Notes: generated by a model from the letters alone, not told the origin. Counted from the stretch's first letter, positions 12,311-26,979 are shown. The stretch is 64,000 nucleotides of DNA from Isurus oxyrinchus (GCA_026770705.1 JANJGN010000026.1:33542001-33606000); one strand, 5' to 3'. Translations and numbers: made by a program.

Positions 12311-13489
12311 TAGATCGATAAATTGATAGGTAGATATTCATGTTTACTTGGATAGAGCAATGATAGAATGAATGGATAGTTGGATAAATTAATGTTCTTT
12401 CTAAGGACCAGTGATTGGATAGATGGATGGATGGATGGATGGACAGATCGACGGACTGATGGATGGACCGATCTGAAAAATGCTGTTCCACATTTTCAGC
12501 TTTACGATTGATTACCTCATAACTTGCAAGAGGCCCTTTATTCAATTTGTATCGGTCTGGCACTTTCAGCCCTTCCTGATTTCCTGGATCATTTCAATCC
12601 CTTGGCTGTCGAGAACTGGTGAGCTGAAGGTCACCAAGTGCAATCTGGAGGTATCCCTGTGGTACTCATGATCCTTCTCCAGAGATGGTGAATCTTGATC
12701 TGAAATATAAAACACGTTTTCATGACTGGGATGAGAAAGGAGGATTGTAATATTTGCAACGTGCAATTGTTTCAGGTGCAACAAACCACAAGACGGATCC
12801 TCGGCCAAATTACTTCAATCACAACAGAAACATAGCAGATCATTGGATAGTATTTCCCCCCTTTGTATGGTAATTCATTGTCACTGTGACACTGGTGAAG
12901 TCGCGCCATTCTAAACAGCACGGGGTGGGGGTGGGGTGGTGGGGTGGGGGTAGTGGGTGTGCATGAAATGTGACATTTTTCCGGCAATATATTCATTGAA
13001 AATCATTGGCACAATGGACTATATCCGATGGATATTGCACATTGTTGTCTCAAGTTCAAAAGCTTTTAACTCCTTCAGACACACTCCCCAGAAGCTTTCC
13101 TTTCAGTGCATTCATGCAGAGAATCGAATCTTCACATGTTGGATGAGTAAGGTCAGTGCTTCAATGAGATGTGCTCAGGGTCACCGTGCTGGAGATTTCT
13201 GGTTACAGTGGACATCAGCCAGACAGAACTGAGCCGTTGAAGTAGCTTAAGTGATTTGAATCACAGTTTCCAACATCAATACCTGGTCAATGCTCTTTGG
13301 AATAATACTAATCCAAACATCTCCTTTTCACACGGTTGCACTTGTGTTATGAGACTTGTTTAGGGAGGGGGAGATCTGATGTGATGATGTAAAGTCTCCA
13401 ACAAGAAGTCAATGTGGGAATATTCAATAAATACCTTTCCACACAAATTTCTGCTCTGAATTTATACCTCGAACCCACTTCCGAATGTT

Positions 13490-13975
13490 TGAAGGGTTTT
13501 TGCAGCCATTCCTGGGATGTGGGCGTCGCTGGATAGGCCAGAATTTATTGTGCACCCCTAGTTGCTCTTCGAAGGCAGTGGTGAGCTGTCTTCTTGAACT
13601 GCTGCGTTCCATGTCATGTAGTTACATCCACAGCGTTGTTAGAGATGGAGTACCAGGATTTTGACCCTGCAACATTGAAGGAGCGGCGACATATTTCCAA
13701 GTCAGGATGGTGAGTGGCTTGGAGGGGAACATCCAGCTGGTGGTGTTCCCATCTATCTGCGGTCCCTGTCCTTCTAGATGGCAGTCATCGTAGGTTTGGA
13801 AGGTGCTGTCTGAGGTGACCTGGTGAATCCCTGCAGTATATCTTGTGCACACTGCTGTTGCTGTGTATCGGTGGTGGAGGGAGTGAATGTTTGTGGATGG
13901 GTGCCAGTCAGGCGGACTGCTTTGTCCTGGATGGTAGAAAGCTTCTTGAGTGTTGTTGGAGCTGCACCAACAATT
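13490..13975 (-). mobile_element. LINE 3' fragment of a second family (related copies ~6600-6830 and ~56320-56810)
   Basis: PTTLKKL.TIQDKA.RL.GT...NIHSLHHR.T..AVCT motif shared between copies. Confidence 0.8.
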
Positions 13976-14834
13976 GCAGCAAAATGAATTATTAATATTG
14001 TCATTAATATAACTATTAACATTATATTGGTGAAACATTTTTCGGTAAACGGCGCTAAGTTACTGGGTACATGATTGATCTTTCTTTATTGTGCATTAGG
14101 ATCTCTCCCACTATTCACGACTATTAAGCTGGTCGCTGCATGCTGCCATTCATGTTCAATGCATCACTATCAGGAGTAATCCTCTGTGCTATAGCTAACT
14201 GAAACGGTGGCAGATGAATGGAGAGACAGTTACAGATACATAGGTATTCCCAGGCTGTCATATTGCAAAACAAATGATATTTATCAACATTTTCTGCCTT
14301 TGATCGTTTTTAAGAAACTTTAGATGTGTCTCATTGCAATAATGATTTGATATATCGATAGTTCCATACCTTCAACTTTCCCATACAACCAATTGTTTGC
14401 AACCGAATGATGTCTCCTACCCTATGAAAGACTCTCAGCCGATTCACCACTCCTAAGCGATTGATGTTTCACAATCTGTCAATGATCGCCTATTGTATAA
14501 CGATTCAAAGTCCAATGAGTATTCTTCTGTTTAAGGAAATGACCTAATTTGTCCAGAAATCCTCTCAATGACTGTGAAGTTCAGGCTAACCTTGGTTCTT
14601 AGAGTACAATTCACACAATAGCTGAGCTATTCTGTTGTCAGGTTCAAGGTCACACCCACCGTCAGTGCCTCTGCTCCCGGCGGGACTCTACAATAGGTTT
14701 TGGGGTACAGGAGAGGCCCGGATTCACTCTGGTTTAACAATGTATCTATATTGAAGGCTGAGCCATTGAATGTCTGGATTTCTATATATTGGTGTCCTCT
14801 TGATCTATATATTCATTCATTCACAATGAACCCT

Positions 14835-15175
14835 GGCTGTCAGCTTTGGTTCAGTTGGTAGCACTTCCCCCTTTTACATTAAATTGAGGCTGTCTGCCCT
14901 CTCAAGTCGATGTAAAAGATCCCATAGTACTATCCTGGCTGGAAGTGCAGGGGAGTTGTCCCAGGTTTCTTAGCAAATATTTAGCAACCAATAAACATGA
15001 CAAAATACTAACTGGTCATTATCGCACTGCTGCTTTTGGGAGCTTGCTGTGCGCAAATTGGCTGCCGCCCTTCCGACAAGACAACAGTGAATACATTTCA
15101 GAAGTGCGTTTTTGGCTGTAAAACACTCAGAGATGTCCGGTGATGGTGAAAAGCGCTATAATACATTTTTCCTTT
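14835..15175 (+). mobile_element. tRNA-headed SINE (related fragment ~40225-40400)
   Basis: A-box-like TGGTTCAGTTGGTAGC and core GATGTAAAAGATCCCAT...TTGCTGTGCGCAAATTGGCTGCC. Confidence 0.65.
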
Positions 15176-16464
15176 TTCTCCTTTTTTGAACTCTAGGTGT
15201 AAAATGAAAAGTGTTGGATTGAGGCAGGGAATCATAGCCTTCTAGGATGCGTTTACACACCAGGCTGGGAAGAAGGTCATTCAGCCACTCAGGACTGTAC
15301 CAGCATTAAAAGAAACTATCGAATTTATCTCATGCACTCTGACCCCCACCCCCCACCCACCCCATGCTGTTCCTCCATAGCCCTGCATTTTATTTCATTA
15401 GGGACCATGTCTCTGCTGATAATGGATTACATCCTGTCCAGTTGCCCCACTTACATTACTCTAGAGCATGACACCGTTTAAATTATGTAAAACTGTTTTT
15501 CAACTACTACTTCAAAAGGTGATACCCGAGGATCTGAAAGAGGTTAGGACGGAAATGATGAACGTAAGAGGGTAAAAAGGAATAACGTGGCAACATAAAT
15601 AGGGGGAAACTTGCTGGAGATCAGCAAGTGTTTCATTCCTTTCCAAGCAAGGGGAATAATACATCAGGATTTTAAGACGAAGTAAGTTCAGGTCAGATAT
15701 AGGTAGATTTATTTTTTGCAATCAGTTGCCCGAATTATCACACTCTTGACGTTTATATCAGGAGTTTCTGTTTAATGCTGAGCTGATCACATAACAACGA
15801 AACGCAAAGAATAATTGGAATAATTTAGCCCCAGTTCAAACTGAATATTGGGGACATGGGTGCTTTCTTCTGATGGAATGCTCAATGTCTTCTCAATCAA
15901 TGTTAATGATATTAAATGAACAGCAATTACGTTTCGCATAAAATAAAATCTTGAACATAATGTGTGAAAATAATTATTTATCTTGGTGGATATAATTTGT
16001 AAACAGCATGATTTGTTGATACACATGTACACACGCCAATACGCAGACACACACAGACACGCACACACAGACACGTAGACACATGCACATACAAACACAC
16101 ATTTCAACTTGAGACCCTACCTTGGCTCCCTCGGAGGCTCTGTAGCATCTGAAGAAACTGCAAAAATCACCAACATCATATTTCAGGTGGTACAATGATC
16201 CAATAATATCTATCCACGTCGCATATGTTGAGTTGGACATTAAAACGCCCATGGCCCCAACACTGTGCCCTGGTCCACATTGCTCGCTTCCACCAAGACC
16301 ATCAAGAATTAATTAATAGGATTGAGACACTTTGCTCTTTTCCTGACCTAAGAGTGCGTAAATCAGCCACGTTAATCAACAATAGTTGCACCTTAAATAT
16401 TGGAACTTTCCACAGGAGTTAATGAGCTGATACATCAGTAGAAGTGGTTTCTTGACACATTAAG

Positions 16465-17740
16465 CCAGCATGGACTGGTAAAGGTCAAATCATGTTTAAC
16501 TAACTTGCTTGAGTTTTTTTCTTGACACAGCAGGTGTCACACAGGTGGATGAGTCCAATGCTGTTGACATGGTTTATATGGACTTCCAAATGTAATTTGA
16601 TGAAGTGCCGCACAACAGGCTTGTGAGTAAAACTGGGGCTCACTGGAATAAAATGGACAGTAGCATCATGGATAGGGAATTATCTGAGTGCCAGGGAACA
16701 ACGAGTAGTTTTGAACGGTTGATATTCAGACTCGGGGAAGGATTACAATGAAGTACCCCAGGGATCAGTGCTAGGATGCCTGCTTTTCATGATATTTATT
16801 AATGAACTGGGCATTGGTGTACAGGACACAATTTCAAAATATACAGATGATGCGAAATGTGGAAGCATTGCGGGCGATGAGGAGGATAGTGGAGGATCTC
16901 AAAAAGACATAGAGAGGTTGGTGAAGAGGGCGGACAAGTGACAAATGAAATTTAAGGCAGAGAATATGAGAAGTGGTTCATTTTGGTGGGAAAAACGCAG
17001 AGAGACAATATAAAAGAAAGAGTACGAATCCAAAGAGGCTGCAGGAGCAGAGGCTGTTTATATGTATAAATCATTGAAGGTGGCAGGACAAGTAGAAAGA
17101 GGGGTTAATAAAGCATACATCATCCTGGATTTTATCAATAGGGGAAAAGAGGGTAAAAGCACGGAGGTTATGTTAAACTTGTGTGGCACACTGGTTAGGC
17201 GTCAACTGGAGAATTACATCCAATTGTGAGCTTTAGGAAGAATTTGAAGGCATGAGAGAGGGCACAGATTTATGGAAAATGTTCCAGGGATAAGGAGCTC
17301 CAGTTATGTATAAAGAGTGGAGAAGTTGGCTTTAATCTCCTTGGTGAAGAGAAAGTGTAGAGGAGATTTGCTATGGGGTACTAAAAACCATGAGTGGTCT
17401 GGACAGGCTAGATAGGAGGGATTGTTCCCATTGGTGAAAGGATCAAAAACCAGTGGGCACAGGTTTACAGTAACCTGGAGAAGAAGCAGTGGAGAAGCAA
17501 GGGAAAAAACCGTCTTCACACAGTGAGTGGTAAGGATCTGGAATGCATTGCTTGACAGTGTGGTGTAGTGAGGGACATTTGATGTTTTCAAATGGAAATT
17601 GTATCATTACCTGAAAAGGGGGAAAAAACGCTGGAGTACGGGAAAATCAGTGCCACTAGGACAATTGCTGCTTCAGAGTTCAGCACGGACAGGACCAGCA
17701 GAAAGGTATCCTTCTGTGCTGTAAGAATTCAACGATTCTA
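16465..17740 (+). mobile_element. CR1-type LINE RT/3' fragment
   Basis: Decayed YMDF, VPQGSVLG, (F)ADD motifs and CR1 3' end. Confidence 0.88.
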
Positions 17741-17869
17741 TCATTAATATCAGAAGCAGCAATTGAAATCCACATTTTCACAGCATCAACAGTAGCAGAG
17801 TCTGTCCAGTGGATGGCAGTGAAACAGTGAAGACTGACACGATATGAGCCACGCACACTGTCTCAGTCA

Positions 17870-20180
17870 TTTCTGTTAAACCTGACCCTCTGTCTGTATA
17901 TATTACACAAAGTCATGTCTCTGATCATTTTACAACAGGTTGTGTCTCAGTTGTTTCTGTAATAGGCCCAATCTCAGTTGTTAATGTACTGGACAAAGGC
18001 CATATTACACTAGACATTAGAGTCATAGAGGTCTACAGTACAGAAAAAGGCCCTTCGGCCCAAGAAGTCTGCACCGGTCAGACAAGTACCTAACTATTCT
18101 AATCCCATATTCCAGCACTAGGCCCAGAGACATGTATGCCACGGCATCGCAAGCGCACATCCAAATGCTTCTTAAATGTTATGAGGGTTTCTGCCTCTAC
18201 CACCCTTTCAGGCAGTGAGTTCCAGATTCCCACCACCCTCTGGGCAAAAGAAATATTCCTCGCATCTCCTCTAAGCCTCCTGCCCCTTAACTTAAATCTA
18301 TGCCCCCAGGTTATTGATTCCTCCACCAAAGGGAAAAGTTCCTTCCTGCTGACCCTATCTATGCCCCTCATAATTTTATACACCGCAGTCTTGTCCCCCC
18401 TCAATCTCCTCTGCCTCAGGGAAAATAACCCCAGTTTATCCAGCCCTTCCTCACAACTAAAACTCTCCAGCCCAGGCAACACCCTGGTAAATCTCCTCTG
18501 CACTGTCTCTTGTGCAATCACACCCTTCCTATCATTCGGATTCCAGAACTGCACGCAATATTCTAACTGTGAACTAACTAACGTTTCATACAGTTCCAGC
18601 ATAAGCTCCCTGCTCTCACATTCTATGCCTTGGCTAATAAAGGCAAGTGTCCCATGTGCCTTTTTATAAATATACATTCTCTCAGTTATTATGTTCATTA
18701 AAGCATGCCTTGGCTACTATAGTAATAGTCTATGTTTCAGTTGTTACTGCGCTAGTATTTGACTCTGCTTAATAGAAACCAGAACATTTTCTTGTTTGCA
18801 CGGCATGAGGCTCTTTCTCAGTTATTACACTACTAAACCCTGCCACGTTTATACTAAGCTAGGGGATGTCTCGGCCAATGCTGCACCAGTCCATGTCTCT
18901 GTTTAGATCATACGATGCCCTGTCACTGTTATTATTGCACAATACTGTGTGTCTCTCTATTATTGCTGCACTTGCCCATATCTCTGTTTATATTAATCCA
19001 GGCCCTCTGTTTGTAATTACTGTGACAGGCTCTTTCTCCGTTTATATTGGACAAGGTCCTGTATCAGATAAAACTGCAGTAGACCCCGTGACAGTTTCCT
19101 TTCACTAGATCCTGCCTCAGTTATTACTGAACTAGATCAAGTCACAGTTCATACTACACAAAGTCCTATTTCAATTATTAGTGCACTCGGCACTGCCCCA
19201 ATTTCTATTCCATTAGATTATGTCCCTGTTTATATGGCACTAAATCGCATCTTTGCTGATATTCTGTTCGACCCTATCTCAGTTTATATTATACTGGACG
19301 CTGTCTCAGTTTTATATTGCGTTAGATCTGGTCTCAGTTTATATTACACTGCAGCCCGTCTCTGTTAATATTACACTAGACCCTGTCTCAGTTTATATTA
19401 CATTAGACCTTGTCTCAGTGTATATTACACTATACCCTGTCTCAGTTTATGTTACACTAGACATTATCTCTGCTGATGTTAAAATAGACACTGTCTTTGT
19501 TATTTCTGTGTAGACCATGTCTCTGCTTATATTACACAAGACAAAGTCTGTTATTACTGCACTAAAGGCTGGCTCAGTAACTGCTGATACTAGGCCCAGT
19601 CTTGGTTTATATTACTGTAGGTGCTGCATCAATAATTGGTGCACACGGCCCTGTCTCAGTATTACTGCATCAGACTCTGACTTTGTTTCTATTGAAATAG
19701 ATTCTGTCTGTGATAATATTACACCAGTTCCTGCCTCAGTTATTTCAGTGCTCGGTATTGTCTCAGCTGTTTTCGAATTCGGCCGTGGCTCTGGTTGTAT
19801 TACATACAGTAAAGTCTCAGTTATTACTGCTCTGAACCCAGTGTCCGCATATGCAACGTTAAATCCTGTATTAGTTGTTGTTGCACCAGTCCATACATCT
19901 TATATTACACTCGCCTTGTCTCTGTTTTTACTTCAACTAGATCATGTCTTTTGTTTATCTTACATTGGAGGCAACCTCAGTTATAATTGCACCAGACCCT
20001 GTCTAGGGTATTATCAATCCATGTGCCAGATCAATCATTACTGTTCTAGCCCCGAGAGAGGATTGATATTAATTGATATTAACCCAGGTCCTTATTCAAT
20101 GATCACTGCACTAACCCTGCCTCAGTTATTACCACACTAGGCAATGCCTCTATTATTGCTGCAAGGGTCTATGTCTCTGT
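17870..20180 (-). repeat. Degenerate 27-bp satellite, reverse orientation (interrupted by a CR1)
   Basis: Repeats of CTAGACCCTGTCTCAGTTTATATTACA. Confidence 0.85.
18020..18665 (-). mobile_element. CR1-type LINE 3' fragment
   Basis: ORF LEYCVQFW...VQRRFTR...LFSL..RRLRGD...RVVGIWNSLP. Confidence 0.92.
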
Positions 20181-21514
20181 GAGTTGGAGACATAATGTTA
20201 CACACAAAGATGTTGAGGTGGGAATTTTTCTCTGGCATTGTCCAAAAACGGGAGGTATTTGATGGCCCGTTCCTTGCAACACCTGACAGTTAGTTTCATT
20301 TAGTTTCTGTCAAATAAATTATATATCCGATATTGTCAGTTATGTGTGTTGTGTGCAAAAAAAACATGCCTCTTGCCTATGCCGCCATTTCTCAAAGATG
20401 AATAATGATCTTCACCAGAATGTTTCAGTATTTATTTTGATTTTACTCAAACTGTAACTGCGGATGATTTAATACTGCAAATATTTATTGATAACATCTT
20501 TCGTTGTGTACTTGTGTTTAGAACGTGATGTCATATTCACCATTTCGTTATCAAGACAAACATGTCTATCAGCAAAATCATTGAATGTCTCTTATCTCTT
20601 TGTCTGAGGCAGAGCCTAACTCACTGAACGTCTTCCCTTTATCTCTCTCTCTCTCCACCCACCATCTTAACTCCGTCCCTCACACCCTCTCTCTTTCTCT
20701 CTCTCTCTCTCTCTGTCTCTGAGAGTTCCTTATTTATTATGAATCTCCTATTATATAATAACACTATTTGGAGAAAATATATTTTTAGTAATTCCCCTTC
20801 ATTTCTCCCAATGATAACCTTCAACCCATTCACGCCTTCAGTGATTACGTTCAAATCCAAAACTATGCATTTACTTTAATTGTAAATTGTTTAACAACGT
20901 AACTATTTATTGATAACCAATTTTTTGTATGTATTTGTTTATAAAATGATGTCAGACTGACTATTTCGTTCCTAAGGTGGCTTATCTAAGGTGATGATCA
21001 GCTGGAAAGCGAATGATCTCACATTGAGAATAACCTGCAGTTTATTAACAAATGAGCATCTCAACATCTCACAGAAGCTCATGATAATCTAGAATGTGTG
21101 ATGATTTGTGCAAGTGATGGCAAAAAATAAAACTTGACCAATACCTGCACATGTAATTCTCCGATGTGTTACCCCTGTTGATGGGAAGGATTGAAACTCC
21201 TGCTGCTCTGCAGAGAACTTTCACTATTTCTGTTTCCCCTTTTTTAACTTTTACCTTCACAAACTCCACCACAGCCATTCGAATTAATTTTGGACTGACT
21301 GGTTTATCTGTAGGTTGTATATTCAATGTAATCTTATCGAAAATAAACCAGGATCTAGTGGACCATAAGCAGACACCGGACCTGGTAATAGAAGCAGATA
21401 TATTGGTTGATGCAGTAATAACAGAGAGAAGATCTGGTGTTATATGGTGGGGTATGGGCAGGTGCCATAACAACAGTTACATGGTCTGGTGTAATAAAAT
21501 CAGAGAAAGAAGCA

Positions 21515-23205
21515 TAGAAACAGAGAAACATAGAAACTAGGAGCAGGAGTAGGCCATTCGACCCTTCGAGCCTGCTCCGCCATTCATTATGATCATGGCT
21601 CATCATTCAACTCAATAGCCTGCTCCCACTTTCTCCCCATACCCTTTCATCCCTTTCGCCCAAGAGCTTTATCTAACTCCATCTTGAAAACATGCAATGC
21701 TTTGGTCTCAACTACTTTCTGTGATAACGAATTCCACTGGCTCACCACTCTCTGGGTGAAGAAATTTCTCCTCATCTGAGTCCTAAATGGTCTACCCCAT
21801 ATCCCCGGACTGTGACACCTGGTTCTGGACTCCCCCACCATCAGGGTCTTCCTTCCTGCATCTACCCTGTCTAGTCCTGTTAGAATTTTATAGGTTTCTA
21901 ACAGATCCCCCCCTCATTCTTCTGAACTCCAGCGAATATAATCCTAATCGACTCAACCTCTCCTCATATGTCAGTCCTGCCATCCCAGGAATTAGTCGGG
22001 TAAACATTCGCTGCACTCCCTCGATAGCAAGAATATCTTTCCTCAGATAAGGAGACCAAAAACTGCACACAATATTCCAGGTGTGGTCTCACCAAGGCCC
22101 TGTACAATTGCAGCACGACATCCACATTCCTTTACACGAATCCTCTGGCTATGAAGGTAAACATACCATTTGCCTTCTTAACCACCTGCTGCATCTGCAT
22201 GCTTACCTTCAGCGACTGGTGTACAAGGACACCCAGGTCTCGTTGCACATTCCCCTCTCTCAATTTATAGCCATTCAGATAATAATCTGCCTTCTTGTTT
22301 TTGCTACCAAAATGGATAACCTCACATTTACCGACATTATACTACATCTGCCATGCATTTGCCCACTCACTCAGCTTGTCCAAATCACACTGAAGCATCT
22401 CTGCATCCTCCTCACAGCTGACCCTCCCAAACAGCTTTGTGTCATCTGCAAAGTTGGAGATGTTACATTTAATTCCCTCACCTAAATCATTAGTATATAT
22501 TGTGAATAACTGGGGTCCTAGCACCGATCACTGCGGTACCCCAGTAGTCACTGCTCGCCATTCGGGATAAGACCCGTTTATTCCTACAATTTGTTTCCTG
22601 TCTGCCAACCAGTTTTCTATCCATCTCAATACACTACCCCCAATCCAATGCGCTTTCATTTTACATGCTTACTCTGATGTGGGACTTCGTCGAAAGCCTG
22701 CTAAAAGTCCAAATAAACCACATCCACTGGCTCTGCCTCATCAACTCTACTAGTTACATCCTCGAAAAATTCCAGTAGATTCGTCAAGCATTGTTTCCCT
22801 TTCATAAATCCATGCTGACTCTGTCCGATTCGTCCACTGTTTTCCACGTGCTCAGCTACTAAATCTTTTATAATGGACTCTAGAATTTTCCCCACTACCG
22901 ACGTCAGGCTAACTGGTCCATAATTCGCTGTTTTCTCCCTGCCTCCTTTTTTAAATAGTGGGGTTACATTAGCTAAGCTCCAATCTGTAGGAACTGTTCC
23001 AGAGTCGATAGAATCTTGGAAGCTGAACACCAATACATCCACTATTTCTGGGGCCACTTCCTTAAGTACTCTGGGATATAGATTATCAGGCACCGGGGAT
23101 TTATCGGCCTTCAATTTCTCCAACACCATTTCCCTACCAATATTGATTTCTTTCAGTTCCTCCCGCTCACTAAACCCCGTGTTCCCCAATATTTCTGGCA
23201 TGATA
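21515..23205 (-). mobile_element. CR1-type LINE RT fragment
   Basis: ORFs with ANVTPLFKKG, QHGFMKG, VVYLDF, LGPQLF, FADDTKL. Confidence 0.95.
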
Positions 23206-23919
23206 TGGGCTAGTGTAGTGATAACAGGCACAATACCTAGTCCAATACAAACAGGGATATGCGCTACTGCAGTGATAACACAAATTGACCCAAGGAGTAA
23301 TATAAGCAGAGAAATGCGTTATTTCTCGAATAAAAGAGAGGGAGGACTCGCTATAACATTGAATGAACTGGCATTTGTGTGATCATAATAACAAAACTGC
23401 TTTGTATAAAATAACAACTGAAAAAGGTCAAAGTGAAACACTAACAGAAACAGGGTCACCGTTAACAATATCAGAAATATTGATTCAATAGATTCCTATT
23501 GAAAACTGATAGGCACGAGGCTTTCAGAAATAATGAGAGAGGTTTGCATTAGAATTTGAATGACAGACAAGCTCTGAGCGCAACTGTTACAGAGGCAGCA
23601 TTTTATACAACGAGTTTGGAGACACAGGTCAGGTTAAAAACCGGAAAGTTGTGTGTAAAAAATACAATGTTTGATGAAAGCAAGGGTCAGCATGTTGCAG
23701 CGCATCACTGAATACTCACTGGATCCAGTGTGATGACGGCACAGTCAGGATCTAGTCCACCCAAATCGAAGTTGGGTCTGATATAATAGTGTGTGTGAGA
23801 CAGCGCCAATTGATACAATAGCAAATGCTTTACCTAATGTCTAATAATAGAGTCAAGCACCACTGCAATATGAATGGGATGGAGTTGGTGTAATAACACT
23901 GACACGGTATAGTGTTATA

Positions 23920-24335
23920 GCAAATAAAACATAACATTCTGGAATTACTCTGCAGGTCGGCAGAATCTGTGGTGATAAACAGAGTGAACGTTTCATGGCG
24001 ATGACCCTTCAGCGGAACCGGGGCCATCGATTTAACTCTGCTTCTCTCCACAGCCACTGCACTCCCGAGTGCTACAGTTGGTCGCACTTCTGCTTTTGAG
24101 CTGCAAGACTTGGTTTTAAATTCCACCCCAGGCTCCGTTGACCACGGGAAGAGTGCTCGTCTGACAGGGCGCCGGTTTTTAATCAGCCTCCAAAATCCTC
24201 CCGCCTCTCCACACTTTTCCCAAGGCTGCAAAGTATATGACGATCCGGAAAACAGACTCGACACCTGCTGTCTGACCTGTGGTGGATTTCCAGCACATTC
24301 GGTTTCTGGTTTCGATTTCTAGCATCTGTAACATG
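23920..24335. mobile_element. Older Penelope-like termini in inverted arrangement
   Basis: TTCTGGAA...GCAGGTC...TTTC...GACCCTTCAG at ~23930-24015, and GACCTG...TTTCCAGCA...TAGCATCTG at ~24270-24330. Confidence 0.6.
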
Positions 24336-26979
24336 TTGCCGTTGTAGTAATGTAATGGGAACTGGGAATATATCATGTCAGCATTGACGAATTAACGGCA
24401 CTCTCATCCCTCAAGGTTTTGGGTTTAAGCCTCAGTCCGGACAGTTGACCACTTAATATCGGCCAAGGCTCACGGTGATAGTTCATATGGACGTTTTTCT
24501 GTTCTTTTATCCATTAGTTTCTTAGACTCAGCAAGAGTGAGAGAGAAACTGCGCAGTTCCTCCATGCAGCGAAGGGCGGGTTCCTAGAACATTGTTGCTG
24601 ATTTGACTTTCCCGCCTTCTCATACGAAACAAACAACTTCTCTATTCTTGGATTTGCGAAGGGAGTTCTGACTGCGGGGCACGGGCCAGACTGGGGCTGG
24701 TCTAATAATCACAGAGGCCGGTTCCAGTTTTTCAGTAACAGAGGCTGCTGGTAATCTTACATAAAGGGGGGCAGGGGGCGAATGAACATCTGATTGTAAT
24801 GTAATGGAGTGAACGTGTAAGGAAGTAATGATGTTTAAGGGCCTTAGCGCAGGCTGTGTTATGGTGAGTGACACAGGGATTTGTGTGGTAAAAACGGAGT
24901 CTAAACATCATGACAGAGGCCCGTGTGACTGACTCCACCTGACTAAGAGCCGTTATACCCGAGGGGACGACAATCATGGCGGGCTCCAGAGATTTCTGAT
25001 ACCTGCATCTCTCAGAGAAACAGAAAATAACCTGCTCCTTCTCATTCTTACCGACAGTTCTCTATTTACACAGACACACAAGGGCCGGACCCGGCAGCTT
25101 GTAGAAACCAATGTTTAAATCCTCAGCTTGAGGCCGATGATGGCTGAAAATATTAAACACCAAAACTTCCCCAGACTCAATGCCACAACTGTTAAGGGTA
25201 ATCGTGCTTTTTACTAAACAAGTTCCATCCAGTGTAATTTTGCTCAATATAATGATTTGTAAATAGTAATGAACTTCTGAGGGATGCCTCGTAATTATCG
25301 ACACACACTGTGGCGCTGTCAAAACACAGGATTAGCACAAGACGAAAGCTGCATAATTAATGCATTTTATTCGGTCTCATGCAAGGACAGAGGAAGATAC
25401 AGAAAAGGTGCTGGGGCAATTATATCGACGAATGATCCAGTTGATCTCTTCAAGTATTTATCTGATTCACTTTACAAACTTACTATTAATTCGATTCCAT
25501 CACGCTTTCAAGCTGTGCATTCCAGTTCATAACAACTCGCCGTATAAAAAAATAAACAATTATCCTCCTGCCTTCCTGTTCAATAAAGTAAATCTGTCGC
25601 CTCCTGCCAGTTGAAATATTTTCTCTTTATTTACTCTATTAATGCATTTCAATACTTTTATTTAATAGACTCACAGGGAGGTGGATAGAGATACACAGAG
25701 AGATAAACAGAGATAAAACTGAGCGAAGAAGACTTCAAATGGAAAAGGGAGACGGAGTGTTGCAGAGAAACAGGGGAAACAAGCTTCGAGAGAGAGTGCA
25801 TGCCCAGGGAGTGTGTGTGTGAGTGGCGGGTAAGAGTGGGGGTGTGGGGGTGTGTGGAGGGGGGCTTTAGAGTGGGTAGCGGGTGATGGAGCATGATAAC
25901 GAAAAATGAAAGGTAGCAAGCTCTCATTTCCCCGCTTCAGGGACCCGGGGAACCTCAGTGATTGATCCATTGACCACTTAGTTATCTCCTGGAAGCTCGA
26001 AACAGATCAGGAGAGGCTCATTTGTAAATGTCACCGCAATGTGATCTGTGTGACTCTACCTGACTCTGTGGCCAGATATAAGCCGCTTTGACAGATGTTC
26101 TCACCAGATTGTGGCCCCTGGATTTATTTTCTGCTCAGAAGTGAGATGTGCGGTTTGGAACCGGCAGCAGAGAAACAGGAAGTTGTGCTACCTGAGAATG
26201 AAACAGCAGGAGTCAGTTTCACGTTATCACCGTGAACAGTCTTCCTGCCTGTGAGGGTGAACTCACTCTGACAGCATCAAGAACAACCACACAGACTGCT
26301 GCCAGTCTCAGCATTACATTCAGCTCCATTCCCAATTTAAAGAATTAAATAAATGAGATTGTTTTGGTTATAGCATAATAACTGAAGGGGAGATGGACTA
26401 AACGTAATCACTGGGAGAAAAGAGCAGAAATTCAAACAATAATTTCCCTCACAGAGGGTTATTCTAAAATAGAAAGTTTTAAGAGGGTTTGGTGTTTTCT
26501 GAGAGAAAGAGAGGAAAGAGGTGAAGTGGGTGAGCTGGTGTCTTTCTGGCGCTGAATTTTCCTTTGATGAGGTTTTGGCCCTTTTCGTTTCAGTGATAAT
26601 GCGCCTCAAGCAAAAGATTTAAACGTTGGTTCCTCGTAGCTGCCAGATCTGGCCCTTGTGAGTCTGTGTAAGTGAGTTAAGTGAAGTCTGAGAGAGAGGA
26701 GATGTTAACTGATTTAGCTGTAGTCTGAGACAGAGGAAGAGAGGGAAGAAGTTCAGTGAGTCATTTCAAAAAGGTATTTGCCGTGACAATGGAATTTCCA
26801 GCTTGACACTACTTTATGGAGCACGCATGACAATGCATTGCCGATAAATATTAACGGTAGCATAGGATCTGTAAGTATATTCTCAATAAGCTATCATAAC
26901 ATGCTGAAAAATAATTGTAATGTATTTTGCAAACAATGGAAAATTATGTGTGCCGGATGTACCCGCCTCCACAGCCATA

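Noticed and set aside
11872-12563. ORFs spanning the N run
   Set aside because: Gap artefacts.
14640-14830. Possible V relic (APGGTL...YR)
   Set aside because: No Cys spacing or RSS; too weak.
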